Assembly (NCBI GenBank): GCA_043228905.1
Contig: JBHGNT010000001.1
Coordinates: 11,718,001-11,782,000 of the forward strand
Origin: Azolla caroliniana
Lineage: Eukaryota > Plantae > Polypodiophyta
Length of the DNA stretch: 64,000 nt
Direction: 5' to 3'
The notes beneath the pieces are model-generated. The model saw only the letters and a list, made by a program, of their open reading frames with translations. It did no database searches and was not told the DNA's origin. A program made the position numbers and the translations under genes. Below are positions 33,531 through 44,993 of this stretch, in pieces (within the stretch, counting starts at the first letter, position 1; the number at the start of each line of letters is the position of its first letter).

Positions 33531-35467
33531 ATATTTGTAACATTGTAGTCATGTTAGAACTAATGTACGATTATAATATGAATGTTGTAGTATCAAGCAA
33601 CACCACACCAGGGAAGGTAACTGACCAACCAGCCCCCGTGCTACTACGTACAGAGTCTGCTACAAATTCCAAAGTCCATGGTCATTCCTTAGTGGTAACT
33701 GAGGAAATTTATGATGAAGATGAATGTATGAGAAAGACCATTGGAACAGTTGAAGCATATTGGTTCAAGCAAATTCTCCTAGCTCGGCTCCCCTTGACTG
33801 TGTGAACGGTAATGCTAATTGTGTGTGAACTTTTAATAATGCATCGTTGCTATATTTCTAATTTCTTATGTTTCTATCAAAGAACCTACGAAGAAGCATA
33901 ATGTTGCAAGGAAATTGTATGGAAAGGGGAAGAAATGCATAGTTCATTGTAGTGGTGGGTCATACAAATTCTCATAAACTTTGAGAGCTATAAAGTTAAT
34001 GAGTTAGACTAAGACCACATGCTTTTGTTGTTAGACAAGGAAGAAATGATTAATGAAAATGGAGATACCGATTCAAAGCCATAACATGAAGAAGAATTTA
34101 TCATCCCAAGAAATAATGACGAGTGTGATACCAAACCAATGCAAACCAGGTCTTCCAGCACATGACAAACACAATCATATGCAAAGACTCATCTTCAAAA
34201 GTCTAGGATGGAGATGTAACAGTAGGTAAACAATTGTCCCTTAATCTAGTATGTTAATTCATATGGCTAGGTTCCTTCACTTTATAAGAATGTGAATTGA
34301 TATTGTTCTTGTTATTTAGGAATAGAAGAACATGGAGATTCCCAAATAGCATTAGATGATTCAAGCAGTCTATGGAGCAATCTTGATTGTTCAGACTCAG
34401 ATAGCACCACACATGAGGAATGTGAAATCACCCAAGAAGAGGAGCTGAAATGGACAAAGAACGAGGTAACAAACGAGTTTTACGAGGAGTCAGCAGGGAA
34501 TGTGAATTTCACCAAACATGAGGAAGAAGGTGGTACTACGAATCACATGTCTTACCAAAACACCGCAAGTAGCCTGCACTTGGAACAAGACTGTACAAAG
34601 AACCAGGTGTCTAGCTTCATCAACGAGGAGTTTGCAATGAAGATGGCAACCACCCAAGAAGAGGAACATGTTTATACTACGAATACCGTGTTACTGCAGA
34701 ACACTGGTTCTACCCATGAAGAGCTGATTAATGCTAATACTATCGACAAGATCTTCTTGGAAGTGTGTGCATCTCAGGCAATTGTAGTAGAGCACAAGGT
34801 TCCCTCAAGCTTGCTCCCCCCTCTGATGATGAACTTCCACTCAGTAGTCTACTACCTCGTGGCTTTAAGATGATGAAGAAGAAGGGTGTGAAATCTAAGA
34901 AAAGTGTAACAAAAAATAGGCGCATTACAAGATCTAGAAGAAACTAAAAACAAAGTTTTTTGTAGTCGGGTTCATCGAGCTTTCTCATCTGTCAGAACCA
35001 ATCTTCGTGAGACGTCATATGATTGGATGCTCCCAAGTTGACAAACCATACATTATCATATGAGGAGGTGCTTGTCTGACCTTGTGCCGACATTGAATGT
35101 GCTTTATGCCTCATCATGAACATACTGCCACGATCGTCGTAGTCAGAATTTGTAGCATAGTTAGTGAGTTGTCGGCTAGTTGACACCGACTCTCATTTCT
35201 TCTTTCAGTACTCCTCTTCGTAGTGGCCGAGTTTTCCACAATACCCGCATTCGATCGGGCTAATTTGGTGACTTGGTCTGGCAAGATGGATCCCCCTTCT
35301 GCCGAACTCCCTAGGAGTGTTTTTGGCCTCTTGCCAATGGTGGGAATTGTGTTTTCAGGTCGGTTGACCCTGTCGGCCTCGGCCGAATCGGCCTCTATTT
35401 CACGCCCATTTGATGGAGATGCTACCCTCTAGCTGTTGTGAGTGCAATGACTGTCCGAACAATCATC

Positions 35468-36037
35468 ATCTTTGCCACTGAGGCAAAGGTCTCCTCGTAA
35501 TCAATTCCGTGCGTTTCAGCCCCGTTTCAGCGTATCCTTTTGCTACGACTCTTGCTTTGTAACGGTTTACTGAGTCGTCGGCATTATATTTCACCTTGTA
35601 AATCCACATGTGATGAGTGGGGGACGACATCCCATGTCTCGTTTTTGCATAGCGCCTATCTTTGCCACTGAGGCAAAGGTCTCCTCGTAATCGATTCCGT
35701 GTGTTTCAGCCCCGTTTCAGTGTATCCTTTTGCTACGACTCGTGCTTTGTAATGGTTTACTGAGTCGTCGGCATTATATTTCACCTTGTAAATTCACATG
35801 TGATGAGTGGGGGACGAGATCCCATGTCTCGTTCTTGCATAGCACCTATCTTTGCCACAGAGGCAAAGGTCTCCTCGTAATCGATTCCGTGTGTTTCAGC
35901 CCCGTTTCAGTGTATCCTTTTGCTATGACTTGTGCTTTGTAACAGCTTACAGAGTCGTCGGCATTATATTTCACCTTATAAATCCACACGTGATGAGCGG
36001 GGGACGAGATCCCATGTCTTGTTCTTGCATAGCTCCT
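35468..36037. repeat. 190-bp x3 tandem triplication of the Copia RT N-terminus
   Basis: ATCTTTGCCACWGAGGCAAAGGTCTCCTCGTAATC at 35468, 35658 and 35848. Confidence 0.88.
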
Positions 36038-37715
36038 ACATCTCCTCGTTCATGGCTTCGACCCATCGTGGATCCTTGGTTGCCTCAAAAACAATTTCTG
36101 GTTCTCGGACTGTCGCCACCTTCATCATAAAGGCATAGTGATATGCCATGTAGTCATTGTAGCCAAATTGGCTGATCGAGTTTTTCTCTCGAGTGGAGCG
36201 ACAGAGTTTCTCATTTCCAGTAGCTATGGCTTTGTTTGCTCCATTCATCCGCATAATCGGAGCATCAAGACCTTCGAACTCACTATCGAGTGAGTGAGTC
36301 GATTCGTTGTCGTCCGGATCTTGGTACTCCGGTATTTTGGCCTTCCTTTTTTCCTTCTTCGGACTCAGCCAAGATGTGCTTCGGTCGCTCGGAGACTCTT
36401 GTGGCCCACTGAGCCTAGTCGTAATCGGGCTTTGTTCTATTATATGCCTTGGTCAATCAACGTCTTCTATCTCTTGGTCTGCTGAATTCGGGTCAACCAG
36501 GATTGGAGTTGGAGTCGACTCTGGTTCATACCATGATGCCGACTCGTTGAAAACGACGTCACTACTCACTCGAACCTTTCGGGTAGATGGATTATAACAT
36601 TTGTACCCCTATTGTTCGGGTGAGTACCGTACAAGGATACATTTCTTTGACTTAGGATCGAGCTTTTGTTGCTTCTCCTTAGGAATATGTACATAAGCAA
36701 TTGAGCCGAATATCCTAACGTGGGATAAATCTGGCATTTTCCCGAAAAACTTCTCATGGGGTGTGACATCGTTCACTCCCAATTTTGTGTACTAATTCTT
36801 GAGGTAGGCAGTTGTGTTTGCCACTTCTGTCCGGTACAACTTCGGTAGGTTTTTCTCATTCATCATTGCTCTTGCCACCTCCAATATGAACCGTTTTCCT
36901 TTCAGCTACTCCATTTTGTTGAGGCGTGTGTCGAAAAGTAAATTCTCATTAAATTCCTTCCTTTTGGAGATAGGTTGTAAATTCATCTGAGAAGTACTCC
37001 TTTCCTTCGTCCGACCCAAGGCATCAGACATCCCGACCTGTTCCTTTCTCAACATCATTTTTAAATGTTTGGAAGTGTCTGAACACTTCGCTCTTTTGTC
37101 ACATGGGGTAGATCTAGGTGTGCCTCGATAAGTCATCGATGAACATCACGTAATATCGGCATCCATCGAAAATTCAATGTAGCCATCTGAGCCCGTACCC
37201 ATATGTCGAAGTGGACTACGTTTAAGACTCCTTTACTCACATTTCTCTCCTTCAGGAATGGATGTTGGCATTGCTTGCTGAATTGGCAAGCTTCACAAAC
37301 TCCAGTGCTTCCTTTTTCCATGAAGGTCGGAACTCCAACAATGACTCCTTTCGCTTTCCCCAAGCAACAAGTCGACCATCTTTTTCAATAAAGCACCCTT
37401 CATGATTGAACGGTACTTGCATGCCTTGTTCTACAATCTAGCCGACCGAGACCAAATTTTTTGTGATGGTTGGGACATGCAAGTCATTCTTGTTGTCAAT
37501 TTATTTGTTGTCATTCCCAAACAGAACATGTTTTACATGCTCAATGGGGTGAATTGTGTTGTCCCCAGTTTCGACATAGTTGGGACAATCTTCACAACTC
37601 TCAGAACCAATCTTCATGAGATGTCATGTGATTGGATGCTCCTGAGTCAACAAACCATACATTGTCTGAAGCAGAGGTGTTGGTCAGACTCAGTCCTGAC
37701 ATTGAGTGTGCTTTA

Positions 37716-38428
37716 TGTTGGGAGAAACGATGAATTTAGGATCACACACGAAGAGATAAGATATGAAACAAAGAAAAATTAAACACAAATACACTAGAGT
37801 TTATCGTGGAAAACCTTGAAAAGGGGAAAAACCACGGGAGCCCACAGACTCTGGAACAACTTCACTATGAGTGGATATACAAAATATTCTTCCCTGATAT
37901 ATCAGGGGTGATACAGTGCTCTAATTTGGCCACAACCGAATGATCAAAACCTTCATGATTCTAAGATGTAGACGGATGACAACAACAGTAGAAAGAGATA
38001 GTACTAGAGAATGTCATCAACCTTCTCTAACAACCACAACTATTCAACTACACTCTCACTTACAACTCTAAAAGACTTTTTCCCTAGCTATATTTATACA
38101 CATACATATATGACTATTTACAAATATAGCCTCGAGTCGGCTTCGGTTGATTCAACTATTAGTCGAATCAGTTATCGGTCGATTATCGGCCTCGACTAAT
38201 TTTGGCAATCAATCGATTTTTGGCCTTGGCCACGTTTGCTGCTCATCTCTCTAGTCAGAGCTTAGTCGGTTCCTAACAATCTGACTCCTTGTGCAATATC
38301 CGAATTCCGATTCAGACAAGCTAGCTATCATCCGACTCTTTAGTCGATCGGTTTTTGGTCGATCTGGCTGGTTCTCCATTCCATCCAACTTGTGTTCTTC
38401 CCATCCAGAGGGATCACTTTTCTCAAGA
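37716..38428 (-). mobile_element. solo LTR inserted between gag and protease of the Copia
   Basis: TGTTGG start. It splits the host sequence GTGCTTTA|TGTCTCAT, which is uninterrupted in the copy at ~35100. Imperfect TSD CTTTA/ATTTA. Carries the CGTGG..CCACG LTR motif in reverse. Confidence 0.75.
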
Positions 38429-39789
38429 ATTTATGTCTCATTATGAACATTCTACCATGGTCGTCATAGTCGAAATTTGTAGCATAGTTCGTGAGTTGTT
38501 GGCTAGTTGAAGCCGACTACCATTTCTTCTTTGGGCACTCCTCTTCTTGATGGTCGAATTTTCCACAGTACCCACATTCGATCGGGTTGTTTTTGCGATT
38601 TGTTCTAGCATGGTGGCTCCCCCTTCTACCGAACTCCCTCATTGTGTTCCTGGCCTCTTGCTGATAGTGGGAATTGTGCTCTCGAATTGGCCGACAATGT
38701 TGGCCTCGTTCAACTCGGCCTATGTTTCCTCAACCAAATCCTCTTCCCTCGTCCGATTGGGAGTAGAGCATCTGACCATCTAGCACATTGCGCCTTGGTC
38801 GGACGTGATTTTCTTCGACCAACAATATTGACTGAAGATCAAGATAGGAAGGAGGATTCTCCCTTGCAAGCCTAGATGGCCAATCTGATCATGTTGAATC
38901 ATGGTGCTAAGCCGCCTAGGCATATTTGCACCATCTCATCATCGTGGATGCTGATGTTGATAGATCAAAGGGCGTCACATTACTGCTTGATATTCAAGGT
39001 GTAGTTGGTGATCGAAATATCCCTTTGTTGAATATTGTTCAACTCCTAATGGAGTTGAAGCTTGCGTGTGGCCGTGCTAGCCGCGAAAATCTTTTTGAGG
39101 TCGCCCCAGGCTTCTTTCAACGTTTTTGCCTCTCGAATGTAGCCAAGCATGTGATCATGGATGCAAGATGCTAGGCAATACAACACATGACTCGCCGCTT
39201 GCTCCCATGCTTGGTAATCGGCATATACCGGGTTGGGTTGATTTACTTGAGCTCCTTCGATGTAACTCCAATAGCCTTAGTTGACAAGGTATTGATGCAT
39301 CTTGTATTCCCAAGATGCAAAGTTCGATCTGTCGAGTTTCTCAGTAGGAAGAGCGCTTCCCATTCTAAGTGTTCATGGTGTTGTTTTTCTTCTCTGTTGA
39401 TGAGCCGATTCTATTTGATCGTCGATGTGTGACACAACACAGTTGAGCGAGTTTTTATCAGACTACCACACGCTCTGATACCATGTAAAGAAATGGAGAG
39501 TGTAGGTGATCTCGTGGAGAGGAAGGAAACTCTATTTGTGTGTAAGACAAAGAGAGAGAGAGAGAGAGAGAACAAGAAGTTGTATTAGCAAGAAAATGGT
39601 TACAACCAAAAATACATCCAACTGTATACTAGGCTACAAAAGAGTTGGTTTAAATACCAACTATCTTAGGGCAACTGCTTTTTCTACTATTTACAAAACT
39701 AGCATGAACCTAGTGTGTCCATGCCAGTGTGAAAGCCATTACATTGGGGAAGTTGGGTTTGATTCTCAACAATTAGTAACCACGTCACC

Positions 39790-40130
39790 AAGGATTTCCA
39801 TGTTGGTCCAACACTTGGGACATCTTGGGACAATGAAAACTCTAGACTTGGTTTATCCCTAGTATTGATGGCCATGTATGGACAAGAATGTGCTAGACCA
39901 TGTGTTTGTTTCGAACTCTATGATAAAGTTATCTTTTATCTTGGCTTTGGTGCAACCTTTTATCTCCAATAGGAAATGACAATTCGTGTCTTTGGATTTC
40001 ATTGTAGGGTTGCCATGTACTCAATGTCATGAAAATGTAGTGTTAGTTGTGTTTTTTTGGTTGACTAAGTTGGCCCACTTTATTCATATTGTGAATAAAG
40101 GAACTATTTTTCAAGAAGCCAATTGGTTTA
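39790..40130 (+). mobile_element. Gypsy integrase remnant
   Basis: Degenerate VSLDFIVGLP..LTKLAHFI. Confidence 0.55.
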
Positions 40131-41717
40131 CTCCAATTCAACCTACCATATCGTAAGGAATAACGCTATGTGTGTCTTGATGTCATTGTTGTCCCAATAC
40201 TTGGGATAGGTATACATGTGGTCTTCGACGATACTGTCTTATGGATAGGAAATGTTGATAGGTGGCGATGGTGTCATGGAAATTGCAAGGATGGGAAAGT
40301 GTGAGTGGGACCACAAGGGTCTTGAACCATGCCAAATGGTTCACCAAACTTTGTTGGTACAAGTAAGGTATCATTGTTAGCAGTTGCCCCTAATAGTTAT
40401 TGGTATGTTCCTAATGCAATTGGGGTATTCTTAGTTGTAGTCCCCACACAAATCACTCTCATAATAAGTCCCCCCCAATCTAGACATCATTCTATTTGAG
40501 ATGGGTCATGATCATAGGCCTCACACTAAGATTATCAATCGTCAAAGTCATAAGCATCAGAATAGCCTAAACAATCTTGGCGGTGTAATTGAGGTTGTAG
40601 TCTAGGATGACATATGTTTAACGTTCATCTAGGAATTCCCATTGAGTGACTCGGTCATGGTTTGTTTAGCTTGACGCCATGTACATAGGCACTTGATTGT
40701 TTGAGGTTGTTGTAGGGGCAACGTTCCATAGTGTGCCATTGTGCACAAACAAATTTCACGCTAAATAGGCAATGGGTAGTTGTCCATGATGAAAAGGGCA
40801 GAAGTTGAGGCAATTGGTAGGTACATATAGTGAACAACTTGTTAGAAATGAGAAACTCCTTGTCAATGGGAAGAGATCAATGTGGGTTTGTGCATCTCAA
40901 AGGTTGCACCAGTTCCGAATCAGTCGATGGCAAGGTGGGCGTGATGGACCATATCTTGATGCATCGATTGGAAGAAAATAAAAAGAACCCTAGGGGTGGT
41001 TCGGAGGGGTTCCATATATGTGTGCATAACTTTCTCGCAAGTGTTCTCACGTTGCTGCTGGATACATGCAAGAAGGCGGATGGATAAAGTCATAGGTATA
41101 TAACGTCGGGAAATCGAAAATGATGGCGAGCAATATAAGGAGGGGAGGAGACTAGGCAAAAGGATGCAGTTTTTCGAGAAAAAGGCTACTATGTGTAAGT
41201 TATATATACAATACAATACAAAGAGGGTATGGTCAGTACTTAGTAAAGGATGAGATGGGATGGGATGGTAATGGTAATGAATGGTATGTAGTATGATGTA
41301 CTATGGACAGAATGGAAGTGGCTTGACGTCTTCAGCATGCCCCTTTTCTTCTTTCTTTTGCTTTCCTAGAAAAAGCACTATCTTTGAACATGGATGGAGA
41401 AAACGCATGAGCATATGCACTAGGTCTAAAGCAGCATCTACATATGAAGGTAAAACGGTGTGCTACGTTTCTCATTCATCAGCGCAAACTGCGAATTCAG
41501 GATGCATACCACAGAAGGGAGTTTGGAAGCCACCTCTTATGCTTACGAGCCTGAGCCATGGAAAATCCATAGAAAAGTAGCAATTGCCACACATATCACA
41601 TTTGATGATCAGATTTTACGACCTTTCTCGCATTCCTATCTATGGCTGTACTAATTGCTTCTGGTGGTCATCGGATTATAAGAGCTTTCTTACTGTTCCT
41701 ATTGATGATTCAATGAC

Positions 41718-44700
41718 ATGCAAAACAGAAGGGAATGGAAATTACTTAAGCTTGAAGAAATGCTTGCATCAGGGGAAGACTTGCCTCAAATTCCCTCCAT
41801 TGAGACCATTGGATACATGTTGCAGAAATGTAGGGAGGAGAAAAATGATTTTTTCACAAGGCGGCTATATGATTATATACAAAAATTTGGTCTTGAGAAT
41901 CACCCATCTATCGGTAACTACCTGGTTCCTATGTTAGCTGATGCTGGAAACGTTTGTGATGCTCATAAAGTGTTCCATAACTTGGAGTTTCCCAATGAGT
42001 ATAGTTGGAATTCTCTTATTACTTGCTTCATCAAGTATGGAGATCCTCAGAAAGCGTTCATTCTATACCAGAAAATGTGCATAAGCTCTGTGAAACCTAC
42101 TGCATACACTTTTGTTGCTTTATTGAAGGCCTGTGCCAACTTGAAAGATGTCGAACGAGGTAAAAGTTTGCATTATGAGATCATTTCATCTAATTTAGAA
42201 ACACAACTATTCGTTGGCAGCAGCTTGATTGATATGTATGCGAAATGTGGGCTTCTTGAGAAATCACAAGAAGTGTTTGATAAGCTTCTTGAGAGAGATG
42301 CAGTGTCGTGGAATGCTTTGATAGCTGGATATTTTACACATGGTCTATGTGAAGAAGCAATGATTTGCTTCAACCAGATGAAAGTGGAGGGTGTTGCACC
42401 GACTTCTGTCACATTTATTTTCATCTTAAAATTATGTGGAAACCTAATGAATGTATGCAAAGGTCAACAAATACACGCCTCTGTGATTGAGAATTGGATC
42501 ATTGAAAGAGTTCCTGAAATTAGCAATGCATTGATTGATATGTATGCTAATTGTGGCTTCCTTGCAGAAGCAGAGGATATACTGAACAAACTTCCTTCCC
42601 GGAATATATTCTCATGGGCAGCATTGATCGGAGGCTATTCTAAACATAAACTTGATTTGAAAGTAATAAACTGTTTCCAAAAATTGTGCTCTGATGGTAT
42701 TGTTCCAAATGTTGCCACTTCTATTTGTAGCTTAAAAGCTTGTGGCAACATTGGAGATGTAACGAAAGCTCAAGAGGTACATCATATGATATGTAAGGAA
42801 GGTTTGCTAGAAAAAAATGATCTCATTGGTACTGCAATGGTTGATATGTTTGCCAATTGTGGTATGCTTGAAAAGGCACACGAGGTATTCAAAAATCTTT
42901 CAGGTCGTGATATAGTGTCATGGACAGCACTGATTTCAGGGTATTCCAAACATGGCTTTTGTGAAAAAGCATTGGAATTGTTTAAAGAGATGCAAATTTC
43001 AGGTATTTCTCCAGATACATTCTGTTGGAATACACTAATAGACGGATATACTAAACATGGGTATTATGAAGAAGCATTGACGTGTTTTGAGATTATGCAA
43101 TCTGAAGGTATCTCTCCAGACTGTCTTTCATTTGTCTTTACCTTGATAGCTTGTGGCTCTATGGGACTTAAGAACAAGGCCAAAGAAATGCATACTGAGA
43201 TTGCCATGAGAGGGTTTTTGGAGAAGGACATTGTTGTTGGGAATGCATTGGTTGATTTCTATGTGACTTCTGGAATGATTCTTGAAGCTCAACATGTGTT
43301 CGATAAACTTCCAGCTTCAGATGTTATTTCATGGACAGCTCTCTTGGGAGGATATGCAAACCACGGTCTTGGTGAGAAAGCCTTAGATTTCTTTTCGCAA
43401 ATGCAATTTTTAGGTATTGCACCAAGCCCTGTCACGTTTGTTTGCATTTTAAAAGCATGTGGCACTGTATGTGCAAGAGAAATGGGCCGAGTGATACACG
43501 GCGAGATAGAGAAAAAGGGTTTTTTTGAGCATGAACTGTTTGTTGGTAATGCATTGATCGACATGTATGCCAATTGTGGATTGCTTGATGAAGCACAAGA
43601 AGTGTTTGACGTACTTCCATCACATGACATCATCTCCTGGACTTCACTCATTGCTGGATATGCAATGCATGGATATTGTGAGGAGGCAATGAATTGTTTT
43701 GAACATATGAATCACAATGGTATCATTCCAGATGCAGTATCATGGAGTACGCTGATTGCAGGATATGCTAAACATAATTTGAGGGAGGAAGCATTGAATT
43801 GTCTCGAGCTTATGAAACTTGAAGGTATTTCTCCTGATGCAGTTACATATGCTTCTAGCTTGAAAGCTTGTGGAACTATACGGCTCATAGAAAAAGGAAA
43901 AGATATATATGCTGAAATAACAGTTAAAGGGCTTTTGGAAAGTGATATTGTTGTTGGCAATGCACTAGTTGATTTGTACGCAACCTGTGGCCTACTGGAA
44001 GAAGCTCAGGATGTGTTCGATGGGCTTCCAATGTGGGATGCCATCTCGTGGACCACATTAATTGCAGGTTATACCAAGCACGGTTATGGTGAAGAAGCTC
44101 TGCGTTGTTTTGATCATATGAAGGAGGAGGGCTTCTCTCCGGATGTTTTGACTTACCTTTGCACCTTGAAAGCTTGTGGTAGCATGGGAGCAACAGAGAA
44201 AGGTGAAAAGATCCATGAAGAGATTGTGGCACATGGCTTAATTGAAAAGGACCTTATTGTTGCTAATGCAGTGATTGATATGTACACGAGTTTTGGCTTT
44301 GTACAGAAAGCACAAGAAGTTTTTAACCAGCTTCCGGTTCAAAATGCTGTATCGTGGACATCACTTATTGCAGGATATGCCAAACATGGATCGGCAAATG
44401 ATGCATTGAATTGTCTTGAGGATATGCAAGTTAAAGGTGTTTCTCCAGATGCTTTATCATGGAATGCTCTGATTGCAGGGTATGCACATCTAGGTGAAAG
44501 TGAAAGTGTTTTTCATGTCCTTGATAGAATGATTTCAGAAAATGTAAGACCTAGTTTTGACACATTAATAAGTGTGCTTACTGCATGCAGTCATGCAGGT
44601 CTTGTGAGTACGAGTCAAGTATACATAGAATGCATCAGTAAAGAGTATGGAATTGAATTGAGTATTGAGCATCATGTTTGTATGATTGATTTGTTTGCTC

Positions 44701-44993
44701 GTGTGGGCCAATTAGACAAAGCAGTAGCACTAATCAAGTTGATGCCTTACCATCCTAATCTTGTGGTTTGGCACACTATACTGGGTGCTTGTAGAAAATG
44801 GGGTGATGTTGAGATTGGAATATGGGCATTTTCTCATGCAGTGCAATTGGATGAAGGAGATGTTGGGGCTTATGTTTCTCTCTATAATATTTATGCTGAT
44901 GTTGGCATGCACCAACATGCTAAGAGAGTTGAGGAGCTGAGCATTAGAAAACAATGGTGGGCAGCAGAACAATATTGGGTTGCTGTTGGCTGA
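41718..44993 (+). CDS. PLS-class pentatricopeptide repeat protein, E-subclass (no DYW); probable organellar RNA-editing factor
   Basis: 1091-aa ORF of repeated P-L-S motifs (VSWTALI.GY..HG, TF..ILKACG, GNALIDMYA.CG). It ends in P2-L2-S2-E (LTACSHAGLV, HHVCMIDLFARVGQLDKA, VWHTILGACRKWG, AYVSLYNIYA). The true N-terminus may include an upstream exon around 41281-41450. Confidence 0.93.
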   Translation: MQNRREWKLLKLEEMLASGEDLPQIPSIETIGYMLQKCREEKNDFFTRRLYDYIQKFGLENHPSIGNYLVPMLADAGNVCDAHKVFHNLEFPNEYSWNSLITCFIKYGDPQKAFILYQKMCISSVKPTAYTFVALLKACANLKDVERGKSLHYEIISSNLETQLFVGSSLIDMYAKCGLLEKSQEVFDKLLERDAVSWNALIAGYFTHGLCEEAMICFNQMKVEGVAPTSVTFIFILKLCGNLMNVCKGQQIHASVIENWIIERVPEISNALIDMYANCGFLAEAEDILNKLPSRNIFSWAALIGGYSKHKLDLKVINCFQKLCSDGIVPNVATSICSLKACGNIGDVTKAQEVHHMICKEGLLEKNDLIGTAMVDMFANCGMLEKAHEVFKNLSGRDIVSWTALISGYSKHGFCEKALELFKEMQISGISPDTFCWNTLIDGYTKHGYYEEALTCFEIMQSEGISPDCLSFVFTLIACGSMGLKNKAKEMHTEIAMRGFLEKDIVVGNALVDFYVTSGMILEAQHVFDKLPASDVISWTALLGGYANHGLGEKALDFFSQMQFLGIAPSPVTFVCILKACGTVCAREMGRVIHGEIEKKGFFEHELFVGNALIDMYANCGLLDEAQEVFDVLPSHDIISWTSLIAGYAMHGYCEEAMNCFEHMNHNGIIPDAVSWSTLIAGYAKHNLREEALNCLELMKLEGISPDAVTYASSLKACGTIRLIEKGKDIYAEITVKGLLESDIVVGNALVDLYATCGLLEEAQDVFDGLPMWDAISWTTLIAGYTKHGYGEEALRCFDHMKEEGFSPDVLTYLCTLKACGSMGATEKGEKIHEEIVAHGLIEKDLIVANAVIDMYTSFGFVQKAQEVFNQLPVQNAVSWTSLIAGYAKHGSANDALNCLEDMQVKGVSPDALSWNALIAGYAHLGESESVFHVLDRMISENVRPSFDTLISVLTACSHAGLVSTSQVYIECISKEYGIELSIEHHVCMIDLFARVGQLDKAVALIKLMPYHPNLVVWHTILGACRKWGDVEIGIWAFSHAVQLDEGDVGAYVSLYNIYADVGMHQHAKRVEELSIRKQWWAAEQYWVAVG

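Larger units (their letters stand above)
34967..39772 (-). mobile_element. degenerate, rearranged Copia (5' LTR, PBS, gag, PR, INT, start of RT, extra gag-PR copy)
   Basis: PBS CTCTGATACCA at ~39473-39483, then an LTR at ~39484-39772. Fragments include GVCEACQF, VVHFDIW, DPRWVEAMNEEM and WFVNLGASNHMTSHEDWF. Confidence 0.8.

Noticed and set aside
34955-34970. CACTA right end closing the RING-bearing region
   Set aside because: It reads TTTTTGTAGTC rather than ..GTAGTG, and the bases are explained by the adjacent Copia protease sequence.
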